Below are positions 11,751 through 24,109 of a DNA stretch of 33,497 nt, one piece after another (within the stretch, counting starts at the first letter, position 1; each line of letters starts with the position of its first letter). Made by a program: the position numbers and the translations under genes. Under the pieces are notes generated by a model that was not told where the DNA came from, searched no databases, and worked only from the letters and a program-made list of their open reading frames with translations. Source of the stretch: Octopus sinensis (taxonomy: Eukaryota); contig NW_021832102.1 in assembly GCF_006345805.1 (NCBI RefSeq), positions 1-33,497 on the forward strand. The letters run 5' to 3'.

Positions 11751-12125
11751 CTATATCAATATATGAATAGTAGGAAATGGTTTGAAACGACATTCCTGTT
11801 TTAAATTCACAACAGTTGTTTCCACGCATCGTCACACCCAGAGTACATTGGTGAGATGATACAATTAACATATTGTGTAATCACCAACATCCATCAGAAA
11901 TGTAAAATGTGTTTCTTCAGGTGTTTTTTTTTCAGTAAGTCTTATATCAGATCCTACAGACATTTCACGTTGTACGAGAATGCATCCCCAAAGCAGTATG
12001 CATTTGCAGCGGACGAAACTAAAACCATAGACATAGTAAGAGAGAAAACCCTAAATATCATGAAAATACCCTTTGCCTTGTTACAACAAAGTACCATGGA
12101 ACATATATACATATGCTTCTATTCT

Positions 12126-12490
12126 TTCTTTTACTCGTTGTGTCATTTGACTGCGGCCATGTTGGAGCACCGCCCGCCGTTAGTCGAACAAATCGACCCA
12201 AGGACATATTCTTTGTAAGCCTAGTACTTGATCTATCCATCTCTTGTGCCGAACCATTAAGTTACGGGGACGAAAACACACCAACATCGGTTGTCAAGCG
12301 ATGTTGGGGAGACAAACACAGAGACACAAATACATACATACATTTCAGTTTCCGTCTGCCAAATCCACTCAAAAGGCTTTGGTCGAACGGGGCTATAGTA
12401 GAAGACACTTGTCCAAGGTGCCACACTGTGGAACTGAACCCGGAACCATGTTGTTGAGAATCCAGCTTCTAACCACACAGGCACTTCTGT
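12126..12490 (-). mobile_element. SINE family A with shortened internal microsatellite
   Basis: Aligns end to end with 3822-4252. Confidence 0.85.
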
Positions 12491-12796
12491 ATGTCTGTAT
12501 GCAAATGGGCAAGGGGGTACTTTAGATGCTCTTCAAGCAAACAGCTGATAAGCACGGAAATGGTGAGTCTTCATCACTTTATCCCATTATTATCTCCAAA
12601 CACTTAATTTTATGCCTTAATCTACTTTGCTTTTTTCTTCCTTATAAATAAATCTTACAACGAAGATACGATTGCAATCTATGGCTGACTTGACAGCCTT
12701 TACATTTTGTATCTGTTTCTTTGTTTCTTTAGTTCGTATTTTGATGATACTTACATTTTGTCCCCACGAAACTGCTGGCCTTGTACCAACATTTGA

Positions 12797-12825
12797 AATC
12801 ATCATCATCATCATCATCATCATCG

Positions 12826-12866
<41 letters not shown>

Positions 12867-13065
12867 GTCATCATCATCAACATCATCGTCATCATCATCA
12901 ACATCGTCATCATTGTCGATGTTGTAGCAGCAGCAGCAGTAGTAGTAGACAGACAGACAGACGAACGGACGGACGGACGGGCAGACAGACAGACAGGTGG
13001 ACAGACACAGACAGACAGACAGATAGATAAATAGATAGATAGCTAGATAGATAGATAGGCGCGTG
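12797..13065. repeat. Compound (ATC)n, (GCA/GTA)n, (GACA/GACG)n, (GATA)n microsatellite
   Basis: Directly visible; explains the poly-I/M/D ORFs. Confidence 0.95.
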
Positions 13066-13082
13066 AGCGCTTGCGTATTTTC

Positions 13083-13278
13083 GTGTTTGTCCCTCACCAC
13101 CAATTACGATCGGTATTGGTTTGTTTATGTCCCCGTAACTAAGCTGCTCGGAAAATAGACTGATAGAAAAGGTACCAGTCTGAAAAAAAAGTACTTAGTC
13201 CAGATCTTCTACTAAAAAAAACTCCAAGCCACTGCCCCAGTATGGCCACAATCCAATGATTAAAACAAGTAAAAGATA
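13083..13278 (+). mobile_element. SINE family A, diverged 3' half
   Basis: gtgtttgtccc...tttatgtccccgtaact...aacaagtaaaaga matches the A-family 3' half. Confidence 0.65.
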
Positions 13279-13360
13279 ACATATATACGTTTCTCTCTAT
13301 TTCTTTCTCTCATATATAAGTGTGTGTGTGTGTGTATGTGTAAGTGTGCTCGCGTGCGTG

Positions 13361-13391
<31 letters not shown>

Positions 13392-13470
13392 TGTACAGGT
13401 AATTCCTAATGCACAACGTTGTCACTCGCAAATATCGTGCTAATGATTCCCGAGAATTTAGTCATTTAAC

Positions 13471-13831
13471 TGGAAGCACTCCGTCGGTTACGACGACGAG
13501 GGTTCCGGTTGATCCGAATCAACGGAACAGCCTGCTCGTGAAATTAACGTGAGCACTCCACAGACACGTGTACCCTTAACGTAGTTCTCGGGGATATTCA
13601 GCGTGACACAGAAAGTGACAAGGCCGGCCCTTTGAAATACAGGTACAACAGAAACAGGAAGTAAGAGTGAGAGAAAGTTGTGGTGAAAGAGTACAGTAGG
13701 GATCACCACCATCCCCTGCCGGAGACTCGTGGAGCTTTAGGTGTTTTCGCTCAATAAACACTCACAACGCCCGGTCTGGGAATCGAAACCGCGAGTCCGC
13801 TGCCCTAACCACTGGGCCATTGCGCCTCCAC
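13471..13831 (-). mobile_element. SINE family C with 11-bp TSD
   Basis: Highly similar to 3030-3421; TSD agtcatttaac at 13460-13470 and 13832-13842. Confidence 0.9.
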
Positions 13832-13989
13832 AGTCATTTAACACAAGGGTAGAGGTATCTGTGAAATGCCCACCAGCTTGCATGCTAATTTAGGAGCAGG
13901 TAACTCAGCTGGTTGAACATCATCATCGTTGAATGACAGAGATCCAAATACAAGTACGAAATATGTATTTACTGAATATATCTTTTACG

Positions 13990-14404
13990 TTTTACTTGTT
14001 TCAGTTATTAAACTGCGGCCATGCTGGAGCATCACCTTCAAGAATTTTTAGCCAAATGAGTCGACCTCAGTACTTTTTAAACTCAGGTACTTATTCTATC
14101 GTTTTCTGTTGCCGAACCGCTAAGTTACGGGGAGTTGAAACACTAACACTGATTACCAAGCGGTGGTAAGGTAAAACACAGACACAAAGACACTACACAT
14201 AGTTATACAAACATATAGACGACAGGCTTCTTTCAGTTTCTGTCTACGAAATCCACTAACAAGGCTTTGGTCTTCCCGAAGTTATAGTAGAAGACACTTG
14301 CCCAAGGTGTCACGCTGTGGGACTGAACCCAGAACTAGGTGATTGTGAAGCGATCTTCTTATCACACAGCCACGCCCGACCCTACACAGCCACACCTGCG
14401 CCTG
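13990..14404 (-). mobile_element. SINE family A, diverged, with locally duplicated head end
   Basis: Aligns with the A family; cacagccac occurs twice at ~14364-14395. Confidence 0.8.
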
Positions 14405-14434
14405 ATAATATATATATGTTTATATACTTGTAAG

Positions 14435-14505
<71 letters not shown>

Positions 14506-14540
14506 CAAACAGACATACGCACACACATATATCGATAGAT

Positions 14541-14621
<81 letters not shown>

Positions 14622-14989
14622 GTATGTATGCTTAAGAAACGCTTATTTTGCCTGTAGGAATGATTTATATCTTAAATCACTCGTGACACGCTGTTTTGGT
14701 ATAATTTACCTCATCAGAACCACCTCTTCCATTTCCCCCACGCCTCCTACACAAAGCAGAAACAAAAGCAATCTTGGTAGGTCTGTATAAAGTTTACTAT
14801 TTTTCTGTTTTTTAAATAGATATGTTTATGTTTTCTGGTGTTGTTCCTAGCACGGATTTTATACTGTATCTAATTTTGACAGGCAATTTTGATATTTACA
14901 TTTCGTGTTTTTTTCCCTGTTACTAGGTGGTACACTAATAAAACTGAAGTACTTCATCACAGCGGAAGATTTGTATAATGATAATAATA

Positions 14990-15029
<40 letters not shown>

Positions 15030-15104
15030 AATAATAATAATAATAGTAATAATAATCTTCTCTTTATTGGCCACAAGGACCGAACACAAAACAAAAGGGA
15101 TAAT

Positions 15105-15262
15105 ACAACACACGGACATTGTTGTAGTTGATAATATGATGAAGGGAACGAAGATCATAGATGTTGCCATACTTGGAGACGAATATGTAGATAAGAAAGA
15201 GCTAGAAAAGTTTTAAGAAGTGCAAACCTCTAAAAGTTGAAATTGCAAGAATCTGAACATGC
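15105..15262 (+). mobile_element. RLE-type (R4/Dong-like) LINE endonuclease fragment
   Basis: HTDIVVVDNMMKGTKIIDVAILGDEYVDKKELEKF resembles the (R/K)PDxV..D..C.IID...P.D..I..KE.EK..KY restriction-like endonuclease motif. Confidence 0.7.
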
Positions 15263-15360
15263 CTCAATCACCGGGCGTCAACCACTGGATGACATTCGAT
15301 TGTAAAATCCTACAAGATCTTATACTTAATATTCTCGGTGATTTACTCTGGTCTATGTTC

Positions 15361-15665
15361 GTATTATTATTATTATTATTATTATTCAGTAGTTATATTT
15401 TTATAGCGTGCTTTCACTTCACTACCGAGCGCAGCTCTGTGTGCCTTGGGTATGTGCTGTGATTTGTTGTGATGCTCTGATGGTTATTGTATGGAAAGTG
15501 TTCTGCGTAGGATGTGTGCAGTGCCTAGTCGTGCAATTTTCTGTATGTTATATGTGTTTGTAAGTCCTGGTGTTTTTGTTATGTATTTGTCTGAATATTT
15601 TTTTTATCATACCTAATGTGCCTACTATGATAGGAATTACTTCTGTTTTTAGATTCGTGTTTTAC
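15361..15665 (-). mobile_element. RLE-type LINE 3' end with (AAT)n tail
   Basis: Minus strand reads ..TEVIPIIVGTLGMIKK.., followed by a decayed QKIALLGTAHILRK-type C-terminus, a 3' UTR and an (AAT)n tail at 15361-15386. Confidence 0.7.
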
Positions 15666-15694
15666 TGTTTCAGTGTTTATATTATTGGGCATTG

Positions 15695-15738
<44 letters not shown>

Positions 15739-15866
15739 CATCATCATCTTCATCATCGTCATCATCATCGTCATCATCATCATCATCATCATCATCGCCA
15801 TCGTCATCGTCATCGTCATCATCATCATCATCGTCATCATCATCGTCATCGTCATCATCATCATCG

Positions 15867-15902
<36 letters not shown>
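15695..15902. repeat. Compound (ATT)n-(ATC/GTC)n microsatellite
   Basis: Directly visible. Confidence 0.97.
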
Positions 15903-15903
<1 letters not shown>

Positions 15904-16270
15904 TACCTCTGCCTTAGAGAAGGCGGAGGTATTGTTTTCAGTAGTGTTTGTTTGTTTGTCTGTGGTCAAGATGACTCAAGAAACACTGGAAGGATTCGGA
16001 TGAAACTTTCAGGGATGCTTGGCCTCGTGACTGGCACGAATTGATTAGATTTTGGGATCGATCCGGTATCAGACAAGGATTCTGGATTATTTTTCCTGTT
16101 TTTTTTTTTTACTTAATTTTTGAGAGCCGTCGGGTTCATTTTTAGTATTCTCGGTTGCGAGAGCAGTCGAGTTTATTTCAGATATTCTTATTTTAAGAAT
16201 CATCTTCAACTAATCGTTGAAAGGACGTTGGTGTTGCCTTGGCGGAGGTTTGTGCTCTCTGAGTGCTCTT
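15903..16270 (+). mobile_element. Non-autonomous Helentron/HINE (DINE-1-like) element
   Basis: TT start; 5' subterminal repeat acctctgcc folded with aaggcggaggt (15905-15930); internal (TTTG)n; 3' subterminal inverted repeat ccttggcggaggt (~16238-16250); 3' stem-loop gtgctctctgagtgc; TT end. Confidence 0.7.
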
Positions 16271-16286
16271 ATCATTATTATTGTTA

Positions 16287-16389
<103 letters not shown>

Positions 16390-16393
16390 CATG

Positions 16394-16740
16394 AAGGTGT
16401 CCAGCTGGCAGAATTGTTAGGACGCTGGACGGAATGCTTAGCGGTATTTCGCCCGTCGCTACGTTCTGAGTTAGACTTTGCCTTTCATCCTTTCAGGGTC
16501 GATAAATTAAGTACCAGAAAATCCAGGTCTCGTGCCAACAGTAGAAAGGATTATTATTATTATCATTTAAGGCGGTGAGCTGGCAGAATCGTTTGCACGC
16601 TGGGCAAAATTCTTAGCGGTATTTCTCCAGTCTTTACGTTCTGTGTTCAAATCCCGCCGAGGTCGACTTTGTCTTTTATCCTTTCGGGGGTCGATGAAAT
16701 ACGTACTAGTTATACACTGGAGTCAATGTAATTGACTTAG
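16394..16740 (+). mobile_element. Two SINE family B copies (16394-16550, internally deleted; 16569-16740) in TAT repeats
   Basis: Both have the agctggcagaa head and gactttg(c/t)ctttt(c/a)atcc domain. Confidence 0.8.
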
Positions 16741-17056
16741 TTCTTTCTTAGGTGCCAAGAACCCTTCTAAGTATACTAGCTGTCCCTAATAACACTGCTT
16801 TCTGGAGCTGCACTAAACTGGGTTTTATGCCTATTTCCTCTATCCATCTGTTTAAATCTTAAGGACTGGTTCTTAATGCACCTATAACTGCTGGGATAAC
16901 ATTTCATCCGCACTTTCCATTGTCTCTGAAATTCGATTGCTAGGTCCTGGTACTTTGCTATTTTCTTTCTACCTCTCATATTGATTTTCTCATCATTTGG
17001 GACTGTAAAGTCAATTATCTGGCACTTTCCATTCTCTTTATCTACTACTACTAAAG
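16741..17056 (-). mobile_element. R4/Dong-like LINE 3' fragment (RLE domain)
   Basis: LVVVDKENGKCQIIDFTVPNDEKI...KIAKYQDLAIEFQRQWKV, then (frameshift) IPAVIGAL...LQKAVLLGTASILRRVLGT*. Confidence 0.85.
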
Positions 17057-17057
17057 T

Positions 17058-17485
17058 ATTGTTGTTGTTATTATAGATTACTGCTTTTTCTTGTAGATTC
17101 TGTGAGAGCGGACAGCAGCCTGCTGTCAGAAGTCTGACAGCGTCTCTCTTTCCGCACATTATAACCTTTGACACTTGGTTCTTAATTATTGTGAGATACA
17201 TTCAACATCCAAGTACCAATCTCAAAATCCTAGCTGTCCCCAATAGAGCAGTTTTGGGGACTTGTTCTGCTCATATCAATTCTGATTTCTCTGACATATT
17301 TCTCGAACTTGGTTGTTAGTGTTCTGAGTAGCCTCGTAACTACTGGAATGACAGATTCTCTCCTCATAGTCAACACTCTTGCAATTTCGTCTTTTGGTAG
17401 TCTGTACTTTTCCATCTTTTCTACTTCTTTGTCACGTATGTGCACGTCCCCAGCTATTGCAATATCTGTAATCTTGGCTGCGACA
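17058..17485 (-). mobile_element. R4/Dong-like LINE 3' fragment with 3' UTR and (AAT/AAC)n tail
   Basis: KITDIAIAGDVHIRDKEVEKMEKY...VIPVV..., then TALLGTARILRLVLGC*; tail at 17058-17073. Confidence 0.85.
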
Positions 17486-17492
17486 ATTATTG

Positions 17493-17494
<2 letters not shown>

Positions 17495-17551
<57 letters not shown>

Positions 17552-17627
17552 GTTATTGTTATTATTATCATTATTGTTGTTGTTGTTATTATTATTATTA
17601 TTATCATTACCATTATTATTATCATTA

Positions 17628-17683
<56 letters not shown>

Positions 17684-17705
17684 GTAGTAGTAGTAGTAGT
17701 AGTAG
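17495..17705. repeat. (ATT)n/(GTT)n/(AGT)n compound microsatellite
   Basis: Directly visible; lies at the 3' end of the LINE at 17706-18900. Confidence 0.95.
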
Positions 17706-18900
17706 TAATTTTTCTTCTTCCTTTAATTTTGTTTCCATTTCTTGCTGACACCTGAGGCACAGAAACTCACTGTTTACATTGACAAAGCTACTTAAATAAA
17801 CACACCAGATTGTTCATTTATGAAATTAAATAAAGTTATGTAGAGAGGAAGAAAAGAAAAAAAACATTACATAGAAAATGTTGCTCTTACAGCGACAACG
17901 CTCTTCTCGATACGTGTGACGTACCAGTTAAAACTGTTTTTGACACTCCTTGCAGAGATGGTAAGCCAGGGATCATTCTCAGATAATTTTCAGTTCCTTG
18001 GTTTCATCATTCCTAGAGCCCCTACAATCACTGGTATTGTAACCGTTTTGAGATGTTACCTTTTTTTCGATTTCAGTGAGTAAATCTTTATATTTTCTGA
18101 GCTTGTCAAATTCTTTTGCCGCAATATTATGATCACAAGGAACAATCATGCTAATCAATAAAAGACTTTAGTATTCTTGTCTTTCGTGTTTCTATCTGTA
18201 TAGCTCAGGAAAGTCCTAATGAATGGTTACATATTTTCCCTCAGTTACAGCCTCAGGGTAGTGCTTATAGCACTTGTCAGCAGTTTTGATTTCATAATGC
18301 CAGCATATTAACCCGTGTTGATATTGGCCAGTGTTGGTATTTGATTTCATAATACCAGTATATTGGCATTGGTTGATATTTTATTGGTGCTAAAACTTTA
18401 CATCCAGAGATCAGGTAATGCACTGTTGCAATGTCATCATTGCCGAATCAGCACTTTGTTTCTACTTTTTTTTTTATCATACTAGCTTGGCCTGTTCTGG
18501 GTGAATAAGCTTTGGTCTTGGGCAGCTAAGACAAAGCTCCCGCTCTCTGCCTGTGACCATGAGCTTCGTTGTCACTGATGGGTGTGCTCCTTGTCAGCAT
18601 CAGCTTGTTTGCTACGGGCCACATATTTGTCTTGAAGAGTTTTCTGCTCCCACCTACCAGCATATTGTTCATGCGCTTTTTTCTTTCCCTTTAATTTTAC
18701 TTTCTTTGCAATAGCAGCTGCCACATTTCTCTCAGGCTGTTAAACCTGGGCAATATTCGTGAAATCAGTAGCAACGAATTTGCTCTCTTTCAAGATAGAA
18801 TAAAGCTTCTTACACCTCTTGTAATTTTCAATGAATTTTAGCATCCAGTCTTCAGTTGTTTCAAGATATTTGACCAGTCCAACTGTGGCAATTTTGTAAG
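17706..18900 (-). mobile_element. R4/Dong-like LINE, ~1.2-kb decayed 3' fragment
   Basis: Minus strand: YKIATVGLVKYLE..., FVLAAQDQSL, HYLISGCKVLAP, MIVPCDHNIAAKEFDKLRKYKDLLTEIEK, TIPVIVGALGMM; many stops and frameshifts. Confidence 0.85.
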
Positions 18901-18904
18901 AAAG

Positions 18905-19790
18905 TTATTATTATTTTCTCTTGATAACAGGTTTTGCTGGAGCTCCGAGAGTCTTGCATGCAGGTTTACTAGCTGCAGCCTACAGTACTATGCTATCCGT
19001 TCTTTTCCTGATTATTCTGGCCGTTCCAAGGGGACAAAACTTTTGAAACAGTTCTACTGGGCACTCTATTCCAATTTCCTTTATATTCCTCTTAATGCCT
19101 TCTGATACTGTGCACAAAGACCCAACAGTAATTGGCAATATCTTCATCTTCTTCATTTTCGATAGCCGGGATATTCCTTCTTCACTATTGGAAGGTCAAA
19201 GGGACATGCAATATCAACTGTATAACATATGTGGTGCATCTTGCCCCCCATCACTAGGTCCTGTCTGTTATGCTCTGGCATCTGATCTGTTTGGATTAGG
19301 GAAATCCCAGAGGATTTTGCTAGTCTCCGACTCCGCCACTCTCTGCGGTTTGTACTCATACCACGTCTTGCCTCTCCCTGGCCCCCACTTTTCGCACAGT
19401 TTCCAATGAAGCACTTTCGCTACTTGGTCGTGTCGCCACAACTTATAGTGGTTTGGGGAAATTTTAGGGCTTTCGTTCGTGATATGAGCAATGATTTCAT
19501 CCACCCCATTGAAGATGCAGTACAACGGAGACAATTACTCATTCCTAAGGTTGACTCTCCAGTTCGTGGTCAGAGCTTGGTCTTGCGCTGCCAGTATAGT
19601 GCTCTCGGTCTCTTTTTTTAGGGTTCCTTTCATCAGCCAATCCCACCTATTTTTCCACCAAATTCTGTTGTGGCTATATGGAATTGATTGTCTAGTCCCT
19701 TCTTGCGGAATTCTTCTTCATGTTCCTTTTGCACTTCTTCCTTTATTTTCTCTTTTTTTCTCTACTTTCAATACTCTCTACTTTCAATAC
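18905..19790 (-). mobile_element. R4/Dong-like LINE 3' fragment (zinc-finger region, RLE, 3' UTR)
   Basis: KKETESTILAAQDQALTTN, IAHITNESPK...WRHDQVAKVLHWKLCEKW, KILWDFP, IQTDQMPEHNRQDLV...CYTVDIACPFD; tail aataataataac at 18905-18915. Confidence 0.9.
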
Positions 19791-19802
19791 TCTCTCTCTC
19801 TC

Positions 19803-20342
<540 letters not shown>

Positions 20343-20369
20343 TATTATTATTGTTGTTGTTGTTTTTGT

Positions 20370-20845
20370 AGGCGCTCCTACAGTGCTTGAGCACTGCTTA
20401 GTTGTAGAGATATGTCTAACGGCTGTTATCTCATGTAGGACATATCTGCCTGGCTGGCTTCATCGTGAAGATCGCCTCACCGCCTTCCTTTGGTCGGGAA
20501 AGGCAAGTAGTCTTTCAATCGGGAGGACTGAAAACAGACACTTTTCTCTTTGGCCAATCCCTCATCGACTTTTTAAAATACCGTTTGAAAAGTTAGGCGA
20601 GGTTGAGAGGAATGTAGTGGTGTGTTCCCCACTCCCGCACAAGTAAATTTGTTGAAAGATGAGTGAATGTGGTAAGGATGGTTTAGGCAGTTGCGTTTCC
20701 CTACTATTAAGGAATTTGTTGAAAAATTTTTAATTGTCATTGTTTCAATTATTTACACGAATGTTTTTAATGTAAATCCTCACTGTCCTTTGTTTTTGTA
20801 TTATCCTAAATGTCTTTCGCGGTCCTTGAGGCAAATAAAGAAAGA

Positions 20846-20848
<3 letters not shown>
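20370..20848 (+). mobile_element. L1/Tx1-like LINE 3' end, decayed
   Basis: FIVKIASPPSFGRERQVVF..GLKTDTFLFGQSLIDFLKYRLK resembles an L1/Tx1 ORF2 C-terminus; 3' UTR ends ggcaaataaagaaag followed by (ATT)n. Confidence 0.55.
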
Positions 20849-20907
<59 letters not shown>

Positions 20908-20974
20908 CATTATTATTATTATTGTCAAAACGATAAAAACAAGTCTTCCTTCTCAGTTACACAATAATTCAAGT

Positions 20975-21100
20975 GTTAGTTGAATATACATCTAACGAGA
21001 TATAGCAAGCATACTTATAAGGAGATCTTTAAGTATCCAGACACAATAGCCACAATGTCATTAGGTACCCGAGATGTAAATACTCTTAAATGTCAACAAA
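20975..21100 (+). mobile_element. Possible RLE-LINE extreme 3' end
   Basis: IASILIRRSLSIQTQ* resembles the TAxILRRxLS C-terminus of the other RLE fragments. Confidence 0.35.
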
Positions 21101-22039
21101 ATATCTAGACATAAAGGGGAAGAAAGGAAGCGGGTGGAGACGGCTACCGGGGATGTGTCGATTTCTGTGAGCTCGTGTGTGTTTATGTATGCATGTATAC
21201 ACACACACACTCGCACTCATTCTCCCATACACGTCTACATATATGCACTCAGAGAGACACACACATACGCACATATATATATACATGTGTGTGTATGTGT
21301 GTGTACGTGTGTGTGTGCGTGTTTGTGTGTACGCGCGCGTGTGTGTGTAGGAGTATGTTGGAATGTCTAGAAGTGTTTGTGTGTGTGTGTGGTGTGCAAC
21401 TAAAGATTAGATGCTTCTTTTTCGGCCCTTTTTTCTCTTTTTATTTCGTTAATTGGGGGTAACGACGATGACGGCTCCGACAACTCCGACTTCGACGTCG
21501 CCGCTCCCTTTTCTCTCCCCTTCTCACCCCTCCGCCCCTTTATACGCCGCGCCGTCCTTCCTTAATGTGAATCTATGAAAGCCCTTTTCTTATGAACACC
21601 CGGGACTCTATTAAAATCACGACATTAACATTAATCCGCCAACCCCCGTCAACCACATACAAGTACACGAACACACTTCCTGCCACACCCGCCCCCGCTC
21701 CCAATAACCCCTATCCCCACCCCAGTCTATTACTTTTTTCACAGCTATCCAACCAACCACCCTACTATAACACTCATGTTTCTACCCGGCCCCTTTACGC
21801 GCTATGCAACTCTATCAAAGATTTTCCAACCGACAGTCGAATAATACCCGCCAATGCCTTCACTCAACCTTAAGTTTTAAACAACAAAAACCAAATAAAA
21901 AAAAAAACCCACAAACAAAAACGTTCAGGACTTACCATCCACCCGACCTACGCAATTCCCAAATACGATCTTTCACCACTCACCCTCACCCGTCTTTAAT
22001 CGGGTAATCAAAGGACGCTTACACGCAACGTGTGTGTGT

Positions 22040-22380
22040 GTAATACAAATATATACACACGCATGTATGTATGTATGTATGTATGTATGTATGTATGTAT
22101 GTATGTATGTATGCATGTATGTGTGTGTGTATGTAAGTATGTATGTATGCATGTATGTATGTACGTATGTATGTATGTATGAATGTATGCATGTATGTGT
22201 GTGTATGTATGTATGTATGTATGCATGTATGTGTATGTGTGTGTATGCAAGTATGTATGTATGCATGTATGTATGTACGTATGTATGTATGTATGTATGT
22301 ATGAATGTATGCATGTATGTGTGTGTATGTATGTATGTATGTATGCATGTATGTATGTATGTGTGTACGTATGTATCTAT
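22040..22380. repeat. Long interrupted (ATGT)n with higher-order ~80-bp repetition
   Basis: Sub-motifs atgcatgtatgtgtgtg and atgaatgtatgcatg recur. Confidence 0.9.
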
Positions 22381-22752
22381 TAGCTGGATAGTCACGACTG
22401 AGTGCGCGCCAAGTGGAATGTGATAGTGCAGAGTGGGTGTGGCTTTCCCGCTTTGTTCTCACTTCTCAGTATTCAAATGTGTGTGTGTGTGTTTGTGTGT
22501 ATGTATGTATGTATGTATGTATGTATTTTTGTGTGTGTATGTGTGTATGTATGTACGAATACGTGTATATATTTATCTTTATGTATGTGTACATGTCTGT
22601 ACAAATGTGTGTGTATTGTGTGTGCGTGTGTCAGTATAAATAAGCATACATTGTGGGTCTTCAAATATAGGTATGTTGGTACAATAAGAAACATATGAAA
22701 GAGTAATAAAAAATCCCAATTGAATGACTGGTATTCAATATTCAAAATTAGA

Positions 22753-22945
22753 GAGGCGGGGAGCTTGTCAGAATCGTTAGCACGTTGGGTGAAATGTTTC
22801 TGAGTTCAAATTCAGCCAAAGTTGACTTTACCTTTCATTCTTTTCAGGGTCGATAAAATAAGTACCAGCTGCGTATTGGGGTCGATGTAATCGACTTACA
22901 CTCACCAACGAAATTGCTGACCTTGCGCCAACATTTAAAATCAAT
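22753..22945 (+). mobile_element. SINE family B, internally deleted
   Basis: Head gaggcggggagcttgtcagaatcgttagcacg, B box gagttcaaatt, central domain, aaattgctgaccttg tail. Confidence 0.75.
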
Positions 22946-23040
22946 ATTTAGAATTAGAATAAAAAAGCATAAAATATACTAACTGACAAGGGTTTGAACT
23001 CATCGAAATTAAATATTGATTTCTCAATATTTATATGCGG

Positions 23041-23400
23041 GAAGGCGGCGAGCTGGCAGAAACGTTAGCACGCTGGGCGAAATGCTTAGCAGTATTTCGC
23101 CTGCCGTTCCGTTCTGAGTTCAAATTCCGTGGTGGTCGACTTTGCCTTTCATCCTTTCGGGGTCGATAAATTAAGTGCCAGTTACGCATTGGGGGTCGAT
23201 TTAATCGACTTAATCCCTTTGTCTGTCCTTGTTTGTCCTCTTGTGTTTAGCCCCTTGTGGGTAGTAAAGAAATAGGTATTTCATCTGTCTTTGCGTTCTG
23301 AGTTCAAATTCCGCCGAGGTTGACTTTGCCTTTCATCCTTTCGAGGTCGATAAATTAAGTATTAGTTGTGTACTTCGAATGACCCCCTCCCCGAAAATAT
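23041..23400 (+). mobile_element. SINE family B dimer
   Basis: Same two-unit structure and junction as 19954-20342. Confidence 0.88.
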
Positions 23401-23514
23401 TTATAGGTGGGGTCTCCACTATGGCTACAGCCCCACAGGCATGCAAAAACTAATTAAAGATTGAGTAATAGCCACACACTTTTTGGTTGGGATGGATAGT
23501 CTATTAAACTGACC

Positions 23515-23658
23515 GCTGTACACAACGATAGCCCTATTTTATCGAAGCATTGAAAAGAAGAAAGGATGAGTTAACTTCAGTGGGATTTGAACTCGGAAAA
23601 TAAAGAGTCCCAGCGAATAGACAGTGTTTAGTCCGACACTCTAACAATTCCGCCAATA
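23515..23658 (-). mobile_element. Old SINE family B-like remnant
   Basis: attttatcga...aaaggatgagttaacttcagtgggatttgaactc is a diverged B-family domain. Confidence 0.55.
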
Positions 23659-23984
23659 CAAGCAATGTCCTCAGCAAATAAAGCTTTGCCAATAAAAGAA
23701 TTTACTCCGATACTGGACCGTCTTTACTGAATATGAAACCTTCACTGGAGGCTCAAAAGCTCAATAGTTCACTGTGGGATCAAATGAACAAGTGGTTGAG
23801 GTATCGCTAATTTTTTTCTTTTTCGTAGATTATGGGATCAAATCCAATGGAACCCTCTGTTGTGTTTCTGGCTTAGAGCATGTTATTCTTCATCACCATT
23901 GTTCAGTTATGCAGTGTATTTTATTCATTCTGATGTTTGATCGTCCACCCATTTACTCGGATTTAACTTCAGACAGAAATGTTT

Positions 23985-24109
23985 TCAACACGCGGTATTC
24001 GTGTCATCATTTGCACATCCAGTCAGCCTTTGCATTTTACAGGCTTTGTAGATGTTTAATGACTCAGATATTATTGCTGTGGCCCAGATATGATATGGTG
24101 TAAAATAAT
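23985..24109 (-). CDS. Candidate terminal coding exon of an unidentified host gene
   Basis: Strong acceptor ttttatttctctttctttgcag (AG at 24111-24110); 40 codons YFTPYHIWATAIISESLNIYKACKMQRLTGCANDDTNTAC then TGA; AATAAA at 23925-23920. No homolog recognised. Confidence 0.3.

Noticed and set aside
12525-12572. Possible 37-nt plus-strand exon ending AATG|GTGAGT
   Set aside because: Weak acceptor, directly beside a SINE, no partner exon.
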